Positions 14,053-27,977 of a stretch of 64,000 nucleotides of DNA are shown here, piece by piece. Under the pieces are notes generated by a model that was given only the letters and a program-made list of their open reading frames with translations, was not told where the DNA came from and searched no databases. Source of the DNA: Malacoraja senta. Its lineage: Eukaryota. A program made the translations under genes and the position numbers. How positions within the stretch are numbered: the stretch's first letter is position 1; each line of letters opens with the position of its first letter. The stretch is from assembly GCA_038087875.1 (NCBI GenBank), contig CM075993.1, positions 10,232,001-10,296,000 of the forward strand, read 5' to 3'.

Positions 14053-14564
14053 TCGGGTGCACCTGACAATGCCATCGCCTCGTGGTGCTGCCCCCTCCCC
14101 CCCCCCTCCCTCGTCTGCTTGGTCCAACTCCACACAGACAGCAGCTTCAGAACAAAGTCTTGTGTCAGTACACGTGTGAGCAGATCTGGGAGAAGGCAGG
14201 AGAATGGGGTGAGGAGCGGGAGATAGATCAGCCATGATTTAATGAAGGAGTTGACTTGATGGGCCGAATGGCCTAATTCTACTCCTATTCCTTATGACCT
14301 TATGACTTGATTAGTACGGGTGTCAGGGGTTCTGTGGAGAAGGCAGGAGAATGGAGTTAGGAGGGAGAGATAGATCAGCCATGATTGAATGGTGGAGTAG
14401 ACTTGATTTGCCAAATTCTACTATTCTTTATGACCTTATGACCATACAATGTGTATTTATTTCACTTTTATTTAAATTCAGAACCGGGTGAAAAGCTGAT
14501 ACTTAATGACCAAAGGTTTAATTTTAAGTATTTTCCTGGCTTCATAAGTGATAGGAGCCAGATT

Positions 14565-15017
14565 ATAGACAATAGACAATAGGTGCAGGAGTAGGCCAAT
14601 CGGCCCTTCGAGCCAGCACCGCCATTCAATGTGATCATGGCTGATCATCCCCAATCAGTACCCCGTTCCTGCCTTCTCCCCATATCCCCTGACTCCGCTA
14701 TTTTTAACAGCCCTATCTAGCTCTCTCTTGAAAGCATCCAGAGAACCTGCCTCCACCGCCCTCTGAGGCAGAGAATTCCACAGACTCACCACTCTCTGGG
14801 TGAAGAAGTGTTTCCTCGTCTCCGTTCTAAATGGCTTACCCCTTATTCTTAAACTGTGGCCCCTGGTTCTGGACTCCCCCAACATCGGGAATATGTTTCC
14901 TGCCTCTAGCGTGTCCAAACCCTTAATAATCTTATATGTTTCAATAAGATCCCCTCTCATCCTTTTAAACTCCAAAGTATACAAGCCCAGCTGCTCCATT
15001 CTCTCAGCATATGACAG
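14565..15017 (-). mobile_element. CR1/HER1-like LINE 3' fragment in the probable 3'UTR of the ZIPK-like exon
   Basis: LSYAERMEQLGLYTLEF...RVVSLWNSLP; (tagacaa)n tail. Confidence 0.85.
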
Positions 15018-15264
15018 TAAACCTACGCTACAGTCCCTCAATAGCAAGAATTGAGGGATTGGGCCATTCAGCCCATCAAGTCTACTCCGCCAATCAATCA
15101 TGGCTGATCTATCTCTCCCTCCTAATGCCATTCTCCTGCCTTCTCCCCATAACCTCCGACACCCTTGGGATGGGATAATGAAAACTGATTCAACTTTTGT
15201 GACACTTTCCTGCACTTGTATTTATCAAGTTGAATGTAGCAAAAGTATTATTATACATTATACA

Positions 15265-16097
15265 ATTATTTATTGTCATTTGAACCTCAAATCAAGTTCA
15301 AATGAAATTTGGTTTCTGCAGTCATACAACAAGAAAAGAACCAAGACAACACACCAACACAATTTACACAAACATCCATTACAGTGAATCTCCTCCTCAC
15401 TGTGATGGAAGGCAAAGTCTTGTCTCTCCCCTGTGTTCCATTCTTCTCCCGATGTTAAAGCCCCCGGCGGGCAATGGCAAGTCCCGCGGCTGTTAAGGCC
15501 GCTCCGGGCAATGTAAGGCCCCGCTCCGGGTCTTAATGTTGGAGCCCCCGGCGGGTGATGGCAAGTCCCGCTGCCGTTAAAGCCGCGCCGGGCGATGTAA
15601 GGCCCCGCTCCGGGCCATTTTCAACCCCGCAATTCGGGCAGGAGAAGTTGCCGTTGCGGGAGCTCCGAAAAGCGGTCTCCCACCAGGGACCCGCAAGCTC
15701 CCGATGTCATCGTCCACCGGGCCTGGTGGCTGGAGCCTCCGAAGCTCCGGACTCGGGTCGCAGCCGCGCGCCACCACAGCTCTCCACGCTCCGAAGCCGG
15801 CCAGCTCCACGATGGTAAGTTGGCAGGCTCCGCGACTGGAGCCCCCGGTTGGAGGCCGCTCCACGGTGCTAGGCCCCAATGACAACGGAGACCCGACAGG
15901 GAAAAGGTCGGGTCCCCCGAACAGGGAAGAGATTTAAAAGTTCCCCCCCCCCCGCCCCCCACCCCCCACATATACACAGCTAAAAACAATATAAAAACCA
16001 CAACAAACTATACACTCAACGGGACAAAAAAATTTAAATTTTAAAAAGACAGACGGACTGCAGAGGCAGCTGCAACATCGGTTGTGCCGCCCACCTT
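15265..16097 (-). mobile_element. Unclassified GC-rich non-autonomous retroelement (related to 46557-47319)
   Basis: Shares the ccat(t/c)acagtga...tcactgtgatgg hairpin, a C-run/A-rich segment and an AATAAA-type tail with 46557-47319; internal ~84-bp tandem duplication at ~15454-15614. Confidence 0.55.
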
Positions 16098-19000
16098 TAA
16101 CAGCAATGATATGTGGGATCGTTGAACAGTACAATTCTCTGAGAGAGTGGCCTGAGAGGGATGATGAGATGGAGATTCAGTGTTACTCTGATACAGCCAT
16201 TGCTCTGACTATCCACCCTTCAAATGTGGCTCCCCATTTAGAAAGTTGAATTTTACCAGATAATTAAAGTGTGCAAACTTTAATGTGACCTTGTAACTTT
16301 ATATTTCCATCTGTATTTGCACTGTTAAATGAAGGATTTAGATCCAAGTTATGCAATGCCCTAAGAGCTAAATCTCTCTTGAAAACGATGAACATGACCA
16401 GCCAGGTAAAAATCGACTGAATGAAATTCACGCTTAAAAATGATCATTTATCATATGCAGTGGACATATAATTTAACACTTTTCAAAATAAATCATTGTA
16501 AACACTGGGGAAAATTATATTCGAGGTCAAGATGACTTCCAAATAAATCAATCTCTCCTATCTGGAGCCAGAAAAGAGCTTTGGCCAGTTCAACAGGCAG
16601 CTGATGTTAACAGATTGAAATGATACCAGAACCATCTCATTCTTATCATTGCATTTGTGTCAGTCTGGGAACTGTGCTGTAGTGTAAATGCTAAAACACA
16701 CATGGCAGATTCTTCTTTTTAGCACGACAATGGAAATATTAACTCAAATTAAATTAGTTGAAATAATAGTGAAAGAAATTGAATCGGTGAAGTACTAGTT
16801 TTAGCTTGGTTTAGAGAATCAGGGCTTTTTCGTTTTTTTTAGAGAAACAGCGCGGAAACAAGCCCTTCGGCCCACTGAGTCCGCTCCGACTAGCGATCCC
16901 TGCACACTAACACTATCCTCCACACACTGGGGATAATTTACAATGATACCAAGCCAATTAACCTACAAACCTGTACGTCTTTGGAGTGTGGGAGGAAACC
17001 GGAGCACCCGGAGTAAACCCACGCAGGTCACAGGGAGAACGTACAAACTCTGTACAGACAGCACCCGTGGTCAGGATCAAACCCAGGTCTCTAGTGCTGT
17101 GAGGCAGCAACTCTACCGCTGCACCACCTCTTCATCTATTGAACTTTATTTATAGCCTCCAACATCCTTTCAACCCAATTCACGCCTCAGAATTGGAAAA
17201 CATTTAAATCATTTATTAATCTAAAACCACATCCACCCTATGCAATATTAATAAAAACAATAATAATACTTTGTGAAAAACAAACCAGTTACCTACCTCC
17301 TCCCAGTTATCTTCTCTTCCTGCTTGTTTAAGAAGGAACTGCAGATGCTGGAAAAATCGAGGGTAGACAAAAATGCTGGAGAAACTCAGCGGGTGAGGCA
17401 GCATCTATGGAGCGAAGGAATAGGTGACGTTTCGGGTCGAGACCCTTCTTCAGACTGATGTGGAGGTGGAGGGTGGAGGGGGGGGGGGGGCGGGAAGAAG
17501 AAGCTTCCTCTTTTTAACCACGTGCCTTTAACTCAGTGCAGTTTCTCCTCCTGAAGATGGTGACGACTCTGACGAGTATCATATTCTCACCAGATGGGTT
17601 CATGTAAGGAGCTGCCAGAGGAGGTATTTGAGGCAGGTACTAGTACAACTGAAGAAGGGTCTCGACCATAAACTTCACCCATTCCTTGTGCCTGTCCTGC
17701 TGAGATGCTGCCTGTCCCGCTGAGTTACTCCAGCATTTTGTGTCTACCTTCGATTTAAACCAGCACCTGCAGTTCTTTCCTGCACAACAGCATCTAATGG
17801 ACAGGAAATGGTTAAAAGGATATGGGCCAAATGCATGCAAATGGGACTCGCTTGGATAGGGCATCCAGGTCAGCATGGATGAGTTGGCCAAAGGGTCTCT
17901 TTCTATGCTCTATGGATCTATTATACCCTCCAGTTAAAATAACTTTCCCATGTAATACTAATAAAATACGCTCATAGAAGAAATATTTGTAGCTTCCAAT
18001 TTTATTTTGGCTCCAAGATGAAAAAATCCTATCAACTCCCTCATAATCTGATCATTTATCACCCTTTTCTTTTTCCAATAAAGTGTCCCAACCTGTTCAG
18101 TTTTGTAATAGTCTCTTTATTAAACTAGTAGATTTGTTAGTCTGCTCTAAACATTATCAATTAATCTATTAGTTGGTTTCAACAATGCCAATCAGACATC
18201 AGAATGGGTTTAATCTCTGGCAGGCTTCATAAAGTGTCAACATATATATGAACAGGCCTGAGTAAATACTCATTGTTTGCATCTTTGACAATTCTCCCCA
18301 GGAAACAGTCTTGCCCAAGCACAACAAACGCCTCCTAACTTCATCACCTTAATATACTGTACAAATCCCCAAACCTTGGACTTTTGAATATGCAAGGTTT
18401 TCCTCGATGCTTTCAGTTCCGGCTGCTTACTAGAATTAATCCTTTGGCCTAGCATGAAAGCTATGTTGCCCGCACACAAATATCACCAGGTTTATACAAA
18501 TATTTTTGCCAAAGGCCTCACTGTGTATTGAATAATGATTTTTTTTAATTGAATCATACATCATGGAAACAGGCCCTTTGGCCCACCGAGTCCATACCGA
18601 CCTGTTTGCACTAGTTCATCCCACTTCCTCGTCCACTCCCTACACACTAGGGGCAATTTACAGAGGCTAATCAACCTACTAGGAAGGAACTGCAGATGCT
18701 GGTTTAAACCGAAGATAAACACAAAAAGCTGGAGTAACTCAGCGGGACAGGCAGCATCTCTGGAGAGAAGGAATGGGTGACGTTTCGGGTCGAGACTCTT
18801 CTTCAGATTTGGGTTCCACAGGACGACCATTCCTTCCTGCCACTAACTGAGGCATCACCGCGCGCAAGTGGTCGAAGAGTAATTCAGGCTCTTGGATTGC
18901 CTTATGATGTCAAAGGATCAAAAATATTATTTGTTCACTCAACCCTAAAGTCTAAAAATCCCATCGTGACGTATCATAAAACTCCAGTAATCTGCTCCAC

Positions 19001-20323
19001 AATGTCCAGAAATCTCAAGAGTTGATTACATTTACAAGGTTATTGCTAAGACTCAAGGGTCTCGGGAATAGGGAGAGGTTGGGGTGGCTTGGACTTTATT
19101 CCCTGGAGTGCAGGGGGCTGATCTTACGCAGGTGTATAAAAACACGGCAATAGATAGGGTGTGTGCACTGAAGGTTTTTCCCATGATTGGGGAAATCAAG
19201 AACCAAGGGACAGAGGTTTAAGGTGAGAGGGGAAGAATTAAAAGGAACCTGAGGGGCAATTTTTTCCACACAGAGGGTGGCGAGTGTATGGAACGAGCTG
19301 CCAGAGGAGGGAGTTGAGGCAGGTACAGTAACAACAATTAAAAGACATTTGGACAGAGACATGGATAGGAAAGGCTTTGAGGGATATGGATGAAATAGAA
19401 GTAAATGGGACTATCTTAGATAGGGCACCTTGATTGGCATGGGCGAGTTGGCCCAAAGGGCCTGTTTCTGTACTGTATGTATGACTCTATTTGGCTTTGC
19501 TTCCATAAACCCCTTCAAACTGACCAGCACACTGGAAGATTTATTTTACAACTATTTCACATCTAAAACCAAAAGTGAATTAAATATATGACCAAGTATT
19601 AATAGGAGTAACATCCAATAGTCTATTAAATCTGCAGCACCACCAATATCCGCAGGGTGCCATGTTATCGGAGTTTTATTGCATTTACATTTATTTCAGC
19701 TTTGAAGGAATTAAAGTGCAAGTATTTAGTCCCACTGACTACAAACTGTCAGGAAGGAACTGCAGATGCTGGTTTACACCGAAGATAGACACTAAAATCC
19801 TGGAGTAAGTCAGCGGGTCAGGCAGCATCTCTGGAGAGGAGGCTTTCTGAAGAAGGGTCTCGACCCAAAACATCACCTGTGTAGGAAGGAACTGAAGATA
19901 GACACAAAACGCTGGAGTAACTCAGCGGGACAGGCAGCATCTTTGGATAGAAGGAATGGGTGATGTTTCGGGTCGAGACCCTTCTTCAGACTGAGAGTCA
20001 GGGGTGAGGGTGACACAGAGATAAGGAAGTGTAAGGTGTGAAAACAAGACATCAAAGGAGATGTGGATCAAGGAAAATATAGAGTCGATCATTGTTAACT
20101 GGAAGGTGAAACATCACCTCTTCCATTTCTCCAGAGATGATGCCTGACTCGCTGAGTTACTCCAGTATGTTGTGTCTATCTTTGGTTCAAACAATATTTG
20201 TTTCGTTTCATGAAACTGTTCAAATGGAAACTTGTACTCATCGGAATAACTTCCAGGGAGATCAAGTGAAGGTTTCTATGTGGAAGCAATGTAGTAATTT
20301 GTAAGTAAATGAAGATTTTTGAG

Positions 20324-20670
20324 ATAATAATAATAATGGATGGGATTTATATAGCGCCTTTCTAATACTCAAGGCGCTTTACATCGCATTATTCATTCAC
20401 TCCTCAGTCACACTCGGTGGTGGTGAGCTACTTCTGTAGCCACAGCTGCCCTGGGGCAGACTGACGGAAGCGTGGCTGCTAATCTGCGCCTACGGCCCCT
20501 CCGACCACCACCAATCACTCACACACATTCACACACATTCACACGCAGGCAAAGGTGGGTGAAGTGTCTTGCCCAAGGACACAACGACAGTATGCACTCC
20601 AAGCGGGATTCGAACCGGCTACCTTCCGGTTGCCAGCCGAACACTTAGCCCATTGCGCCATCTGTCGTCC
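20324..20670 (-). mobile_element. Second copy of the young AFC-like SINE
   Basis: Differs from 1551-1893 at one position by eye (tttata vs tttcta). Confidence 0.8.
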
Positions 20671-21221
20671 TGATGCGACTTCCATTGGCAAAGCCAGCAT
20701 TGACCATTGTTTTACCATTTGCATGTTTATCCAAACCAATGCAGGTCTAAAATTAATTGGAAAGCTGGTGTCATTTGCAATGAAATTACTTTTTTTGTAT
20801 AATTGTGTCTATTGACAATATTGTCGTTGATTTGGGGAAACTCGTATTGGATGCCATTAGGCTACAACATGAAGACTGAAGTCTGAAGAAGGGTTGCGAC
20901 CCATAACGTCACCTATTCCTTTTCTCCAGAGATGCTGCCTGACCCGCTGAGTTACCCCAGCACTTTGTGTCTATCTTCAGCCTACAACATGAACTGAGCC
21001 TCAGAGTAACAGTCAGAGAAATCCACCCTCTCCCGCTGAATCCCAGAGTCTGTCAGCTTCCTCTGAGCAGATGAGTATTTCCATGTCATCTACCCCAGAA
21101 TTTAACTAGAAAAGTGCCAGCAAGAGTATGTTTTCTTTAAGAAGAAGCAGCAGTGTGGTGTGGAAGCAACATCCTCTGAATGGCAAATTGTCACACATCG
21201 CTGGATGATTTGTATCAGCAC

Positions 21222-21528
21222 TTTTTTTTTTTAACCAAAAATAGATTTAATCAATAAATACAGGATAATATGTGCAATACAAAACAATCCAAACAAACCC
21301 ACCACCATAGTACAAAGTAATACAAATACTCTTAAATATCAAATATACTGAGTATCAAACGACTATGTCACCATCCTTGTCAAGGATACATTCCACCCTC
21401 CGCGGTGCCCAGCGGTCCCGGAAATCCCTCAGGGCGCCCGTGGACAGCGTGTTGTCCCTCTCTAACACCACCCAGGCGTGGTCGTAACCCTGGGAAAGGG
21501 GCAGGCAGTCGGCTCGGGCAGAGCCCTC
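21222..21528 (-). mobile_element. 5'-truncated L1/Tx1-like LINE 3' end with poly(A) tail
   Basis: Poly(T) at 21222 on +; translates ...DFRDRWAPRRVECILD; direct repeat tttgtatcagc at 21209-21219 and 21529-21539 (TSD). Confidence 0.65.
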
Positions 21529-24500
21529 TTTGTATCAGCGTTGCTGTAAGCCTCACAAACATAGAGAGTGGCCATCACCTGGGCTTCCAGGATCAACTGC
21601 GTACGTGTGAGTTAAACCTGCCACAAAATCCTGGGGCCGATATTTTGAGTGATTTATGTACCAGTGGGCACACACACTATCAACCTCTTTGCTTTTCAGA
21701 ATGAATTAATGACACATTATAGTCACATGTATCGAGTCACAGTGATATCCTTTGTCTTGCACACCCAGGGTATGCAAAGAGTCACCAACTAAAGGGCAAC
21801 GACAAAGTTACAAGTATCCCATTTTAGCACAGAAGATAGTAGCTTAAAAATGGCGGAACGCCTGCTGCAGTCTTTAGAATGAAGTGGCCTCCACGGTGCA
21901 ATTACAAGTCAAATTCAGTTTATTGTCACATACTGAAGGACAGTGAGGTTACAGGTACAATATTTGCAGCAGCATCACAGGTTAATGGTCTCAGGCAGCA
22001 CACAGTTAGAGTGGGAATTCTCGGATTTACGTACACCAACAATAAGAAATTCCTGCATGAAGTTGTGTCAGATAAAAGGGAAATGTGTAGGTTCCCTTGT
22101 CCCAGCTGCTCTTGTGTTTGTAGTGGTGGAGGCCAGAGATTTGACTGACCACCCAGAGATTCAGAGACCTCCCAAGATTCAGGGGTGAGTGAGACTGAAT
22201 AGGTCTTGTGTTTTCAGATGGTGCAGCATGCAGTCCAAACTAAAGCCCACAGACCAGTCTGAAGAATATGCTTCAGCCCAAATGTGACAAATGATCCTGC
22301 AGCCAATTTTTTTAGTTTAGAGATACAGCGCGGAAACAGGCCCTTCGGCCCACTGAGTCCGCACCAACCAGTGATCTCCGCACATGGGGAGAAGGCAGGA
22401 ACGGGGTACTGATTGGGGATGATCAGCCATGATCACATTGAATGGCGGTGCTGGCTCGAAGGGCCGAATGGCCTACTCCTGCACCTATTGTCTATTGTCT
22501 ATTAACACTGCCCTAGGGACATTTGACTTTATACCAAGCCAATTCACCTGCAAACCTGTACGTCTTTGGAGTGTGGGAGAAAACCAAAGATCTCGGAGAA
22601 AACCCACTCGGTCATGGGGAGAACGTACAAACTCCGTACAGACAGCACCCGTAGTCAAGATTGAAACCGGGTCTCTGGCGCTGTCGCTCTGCGCCACCAT
22701 GCTGCACTGTGGGAAAGTTTTCCATTTGTATTACACCTTTCTTCCCACTTGTCATGGTCAGCCATGATCACATTGAATGGCAGTGCTGGCTCGAAGGGCC
22801 GAATGGCCTACTCCTGCACCAATTGTCTATTGTCGGGTGTCCGTCCTGACACTGATGTTGGGCAACTTTCCCTGAGCCACTGCCGTAGAGAGAATGGTGT
22901 AAATATGATAAACAGACTGTGGCAGGAAGACATCGAACGTACAGGTCTCAGATAAAGCTAGAAGCTGTGAATATAATTTGAGGCAAATATTATCGGAACA
23001 TTTAAGAAACATTTAGACAGCAGAATAGATAGGGCAGGTTTAGAGGGATATGGGCCAAACGCAGGCAGGTGGGACTAGTGTAGACGGGACATGTTGGCCG
23101 GTGTTGGCAAGTTGGGCCGAAGGGCCTGTTTCCACTCTGTAAACATAGAAAAATAGAAAACAGGTGCAGGAGTAGGCCATTCGGCCCTTCGAGCCAGCAC
23201 TGCCATTCAATATGATCATGGCTGATCACCCAAAATCAGTACCCCGTTCCTGCTTTATCCCCATATCCCTTGATTCCTTTAGCCCCGAGGGCTAAATCTA
23301 ACTCTCTCTTGAATACATCCAGTGAATTGGCCTCCACTGCCTTCTGTGGCAGAGAATTCCACAGATTCACAACTCACTGGGTGGAAAAGGTCTGTAGGAC
23401 TATGACTTTATAATGAAACAAAACTAAAGGCCCCATATTGGAATAAATACGCATTACACGATATAAAACAGACGTGCAGATCAACGTAAATGATGATGAG
23501 CAGAGAGCCAGCGTAGGGCCAGGCTGCAGGGTGGCCTGAGTACTGAAGATGTCCTGACATTAAGGGAGGTTGGGAAGCTGGAGGAAGTACTAAGTCTTAG
23601 CACAGCAGAGAGTTTGAGATACTGCATGGAAACAGGCCCTTCAGCCCAATGTGCCCACACCAACCAACATGTCCCATCTACACTAGTCCCACCTGCCTGC
23701 ATTTGGCCCATATCCCTCTAAGCCTGTCCTATCCATGTACCCGTCCAAATGCCCTGACCATCGATCACCTGTTCACACTAGTTCTATCTTTATCCCACTT
23801 TCGCATCCACATTAGGGGCAGTGTACGGAGACGAATTAACTTACAAACCCGCACTTCTTTGGGGTGTGGGAGGAAACCGGAACCCCAGAGGCAACCCACG
23901 CGGTCACATAGAGAGCATGCAAACTTCACACAGACAGCAACCGAGGTCAGAGTTGAACCCGGGTCTCTGGCGCTGTGAGGCAGCAGCTCTACTGGCTGTG
24001 CCACTGTTGGATCTAAGCTCAATTATCAATTATCAATGATATAAACACAGTTTGTGTGAAGATAAATAATAAAGGCAAGATGTCATTGGTCATAGATCCT
24101 CAAACAGGATCCATGTGGTAGAACAAAGTATGAAGGCAGAAGGAACGGCAGCTTTCCAGAAAGATACATTAGTAATCGTGGTATATTTTGATCCAAACAC
24201 TGACAAAAATCGGATAACAAAGGAAGATGCTCATCGAGTGTTCTCGCGACAGAACGAACAGCAGGCTATAACGTACCTGACATTATGCAGAGGGTGTTGG
24301 GGAGACCCCAGAGAGCACCATTATTGTATGGTTGCAATTTACATTCGGTTTAAGGGAGAGAAAAATGGGTCCAAAATTAGTATTTTAAACTTAGATTACA
24401 CCAATTATGAGGACATCAGTACAGAGATAGCTAAAGGGAACAGAATAATTAGGTTAAAATATATAAGATTATGAGAGGCATAGATAGGGTAGACAGGCAG

Positions 24501-26345
24501 AACCTTTTTCCCAGGATGGAAAAATAATATACTCGAGGGCATAGCTTTAAGCTGAGAGGGGCAAAGTTTAAAAGAGATGTGTGGGGCAACTTTTTTGACA
24601 TAGATGGTGGTGAGAGCCTCGATGTGCTGCCAGGGTTGAGGCAGGTACACTGGAGGTATTTAAGAGGCTTTTCGATAGAGACATGGATATGCAGGGAATT
24701 GAGAAACATGGATTGTATGCATATTTGGCATTACATTCAGCACAGACATTGTGGGCCGAAGGGCCTGTTCTTGTGCTGTACTGTTCTATGTTCTCTGATC
24801 AGTCAATCAAGATTTAATGGGACCTTTCAAAGTAGATACCTTCCAATAAGAAAGAAGAACTCAAAGGGGAGAATCCATAATCTGCATTTTACTAAATAAG
24901 TTAAAAGGTAGCTTCAAACTTCATAAATATAAAATTGTGAAAAGGTAAGAAGATTGGATGGAATATAAAAAAACATCAGATGTTTCATCAGGGGGAAATA
25001 TTAGACTATGAGACAAAGCTACTCATAAATGTACCAACAGGTAGAAAGGGCATCGATTGCCATTATAAAAACGAGTTAACAAAGTGAATGTGAGTCTGAG
25101 GAATTAATAATAGAAAATAAAATGTGAGATAGATTTAACACATATTTTGTGACAGTTTTCAACGTAGAGGGTATAAATAACATTGCAGAATGGCTGTAAA
25201 TCAGGAATTGGAAGGGATGGAGGAACTCGGGAAAATTCCTGTCACTGGAGAAATAGTTAGAGCTGCAGGCTTTCCCTCCAAATGGACTTCAAACCAGAGT
25301 CCTGAAAAGTGACGATTGAGGTTGTTTAGTTTATAGAGATACTGCACGGAAACAGGCCCTTCGGCCCACCGAGTCCACACCGACCAGCGATCCCCGCACA
25401 CTAGGGACAATTTACATTTATATCCAGCCAATTAATATACAAACCTGTACGTCTTTGGACTGTGGGAAAGATCTTGGAGAAAACCCACGTGGTCACGGGG
25501 AGAACACACAAACTCCGTACAGACAGCACCTGTAGTCAGGATGGAACCCGGGTCTCTGGCGCTGTGAGGCAGCAACGCTACCGCTAAGTCACCGTGCCAC
25601 CCCATTGTCCATTTTGTCTGGGGAAAATAAAAGAAGCATGTTATTTGAACACCTGCAGAGCTCTGAGCTGCGGAGGATCTGGGTGCTTAGATCATGATTA
25701 AATAAAGGCTCGTTAGCAATTGCAGTTGGTAATTAAGAAGTCTAACAGAATTGCAAGGAAAATTGAATACTGAAATCTGGAGTTATGCTTCAGTTATATG
25801 GGGGAGTGCGGGTGGTGATATGGTTGTTGGTGAGACCACATCTGGATTCTCAGTGATGGTCTCCTTATTTAAGGAAGGATGTTGATTCTCTGGATACAGT
25901 TTGGAGAAACTTAACCAGACTAATACTAGGAAGGGAAAGGTTATCATGGGACTGATTAGGGTTGGAGCTGGTGTTCAGAAGAGGAAAGGGCCACTGGATT
26001 GAAACATAGGAGATCCTGATAGACCCTCGACGTAGGAATATCTAGAATAGGGATCACTGTTTAGAAAAATTAAGACAGGGACGCGAGGAATCTCCTTCTC
26101 CCAAAAAGTCATGAGATTTTGGGACCATCTTCCTGAGAGGAAAATGGAAGCAGGACTTTAAATATTTTTGAGACTGAGGTAGATGGAGAGATATTTGGTA
26201 GAAAGGGGGTGAAAGGTTACTGTGGATTGACAACAATGTAAAATGGGGAGCCTACTAATTTCCTGACATCCCTGTCAGACTCTGAGGCTGCTGCACATTA
26301 CTTAACAAACGTCTCCCCAACATCTAGCTATCTATCTTCTAACTA

Positions 26346-27962
26346 CAGTGGCTTGCAAAAGTATTCATACCCCTTGAACTTTTCCACATTTTGTCACGTT
26401 ACAACCACAAACGTAAATGTATTTTATTGGGATTTTATGTGATAGACCAACACAAAGAGGCGCATAATTGTGAAGTGGAAGGAAAATGATACATGGTTTT
26501 CAATTTTTTTTACAAATAAAAAACTGAAAAGTGTGGTGTGCAAATGTATTCAGCCCCCTTTACTCTGATACCCCTAAATAAAATCCAGTGCAACCAATTG
26601 CCTTCAGAAGTCACCTAATTAGTAAATAGAGTCCACTTGTCTGTAATCTAATCTCAGTATAAATACAGCTGTTCTGTAAAGGCCTCAGAGGTTTGTTAGA
26701 GAACATTAGTGAACAAACAGCATCATGAAGCCCAAGGAACACACCAGACAGGTCAGGGATAAAATTGTGGAGAAGTTTAAAGCAGGGTAAGGTTATAAAA
26801 AAATATCCCAAGCTTTGAACATCTCATGGAGCACTGTTCAATCCATCATCCGAAAATGGAAAGAGTATGGCACAACTGCAAACCTACCAAGACATGGTCG
26901 TCCACCTAAAGTGACAGGCAGGGCAAGGAGAGCATTGATCAGAGAAGCAGCAAAGAGGCCCATGGTAACTCTGGAGGAGCTGCAGAGATCCACAGCTCAG
27001 GTGGGAGAATCTGTCCACAGGACAACTATTAGTCATGCACTCCACAAATCGGGCCTTTATGGAAGAGTGGCAAGAAGAAAGCCATTGTTGAAAAAAACCC
27101 ATAAGAAGTCCCGTTTGCAGTTTGCCACAAGCCATGTGGGGGACACAGCAAACATGTGGAGGAAGGTGCTCTGGTCAGATGAGACCAAAATGGAAGTTTT
27201 TGGCCTAAATGCAAAACGCTATGTGTGGTGGAAAACTAACACTGCGCAGCACCCTGAACACACCATCCCCACTGTGAAACATGGTGGTGGCAGCATCGTG
27301 CTGTGGGGATGCTTTTCTTCATCAGGGACAGGGAAGCTGGTCAGAGTTGATGGGAAGATGGATGGAGCCAAATACAGGGCAATCTTGGAGGAAAACCTGT
27401 TAGAGTCTGCAAAAGACTTGAGACTGGGGCCGAGGTTCACCTTCCAGCAGGGCAACGACCCTAAACATACAGCCAGAGCTACAATGGAATGGTTTAGATC
27501 AAAGCATATTCATGTGTTAGAATGGCCCAGTCAAAGTCCAGACCTAAATCCAATTGAGAATCTCTGGCAAGACTTGAAAATTGCTGTTCACAGACGCTCT
27601 CCATCCAATCTGACTGAGCTTGAGTTATTTTGCAAAGAAGAATGGGCAGAAATTTCAGTCTCTAGATGTGCAAAGCTGGTAGAGACATAACCCAAAAGAC
27701 TTGCAGCTGTAATTGCAGCGAAAGGTGGTTCTACAAAGTATTGACTCAGGGGGGCTGAATACTTTTGCACGCCACACTTTTCAGTTTTTTATTTGTAAAA
27801 ACATTTGAAAACCATGTATCATTTTCCTTCCACTTCACAATTATGCACCACTTTGTGTTGGTCTATCACATAAAATCCCAATCAAATACATTTACGTTTG
27901 TGGTTGTAACGTGACAAAATGTGGAAAAGTTCAAGGGGTATGAAAACTTTTGCAAGCCACTG
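26346..27962 (+). mobile_element. Full-length Tc1-family DNA transposon (Passport/Eagle-like, IR/DR termini), 1617 bp
   Basis: ~213-bp TIRs starting cagtggcttgcaaaag / ending ttttgcaagccactg, with inner DR copies; TA duplicated at 26344-45 and 27963-64. Confidence 0.95.
26725..27744 (+). pseudogene. Tc1 DD34E transposase (339 codons) with two nonsense codons
   Basis: ATG 26725 (MKPKEHTRQVRDK), TAA at 26788 and 27688, natural TGA at 27742 after AKGGSTKY; motifs GRPPK, WSDETK, QQGNDPKH (catalytic D to G), SPDLNPIE; no frameshifts. Confidence 0.92.
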
Positions 27963-27977
27963 TATCTTCTATCTATC

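Noticed and set aside
13651..14235. 194-aa antisense ORF over the ZIPK-like exon
   Set aside because: Shadow of the coding strand, starting within a CR1 tail; no independent support.
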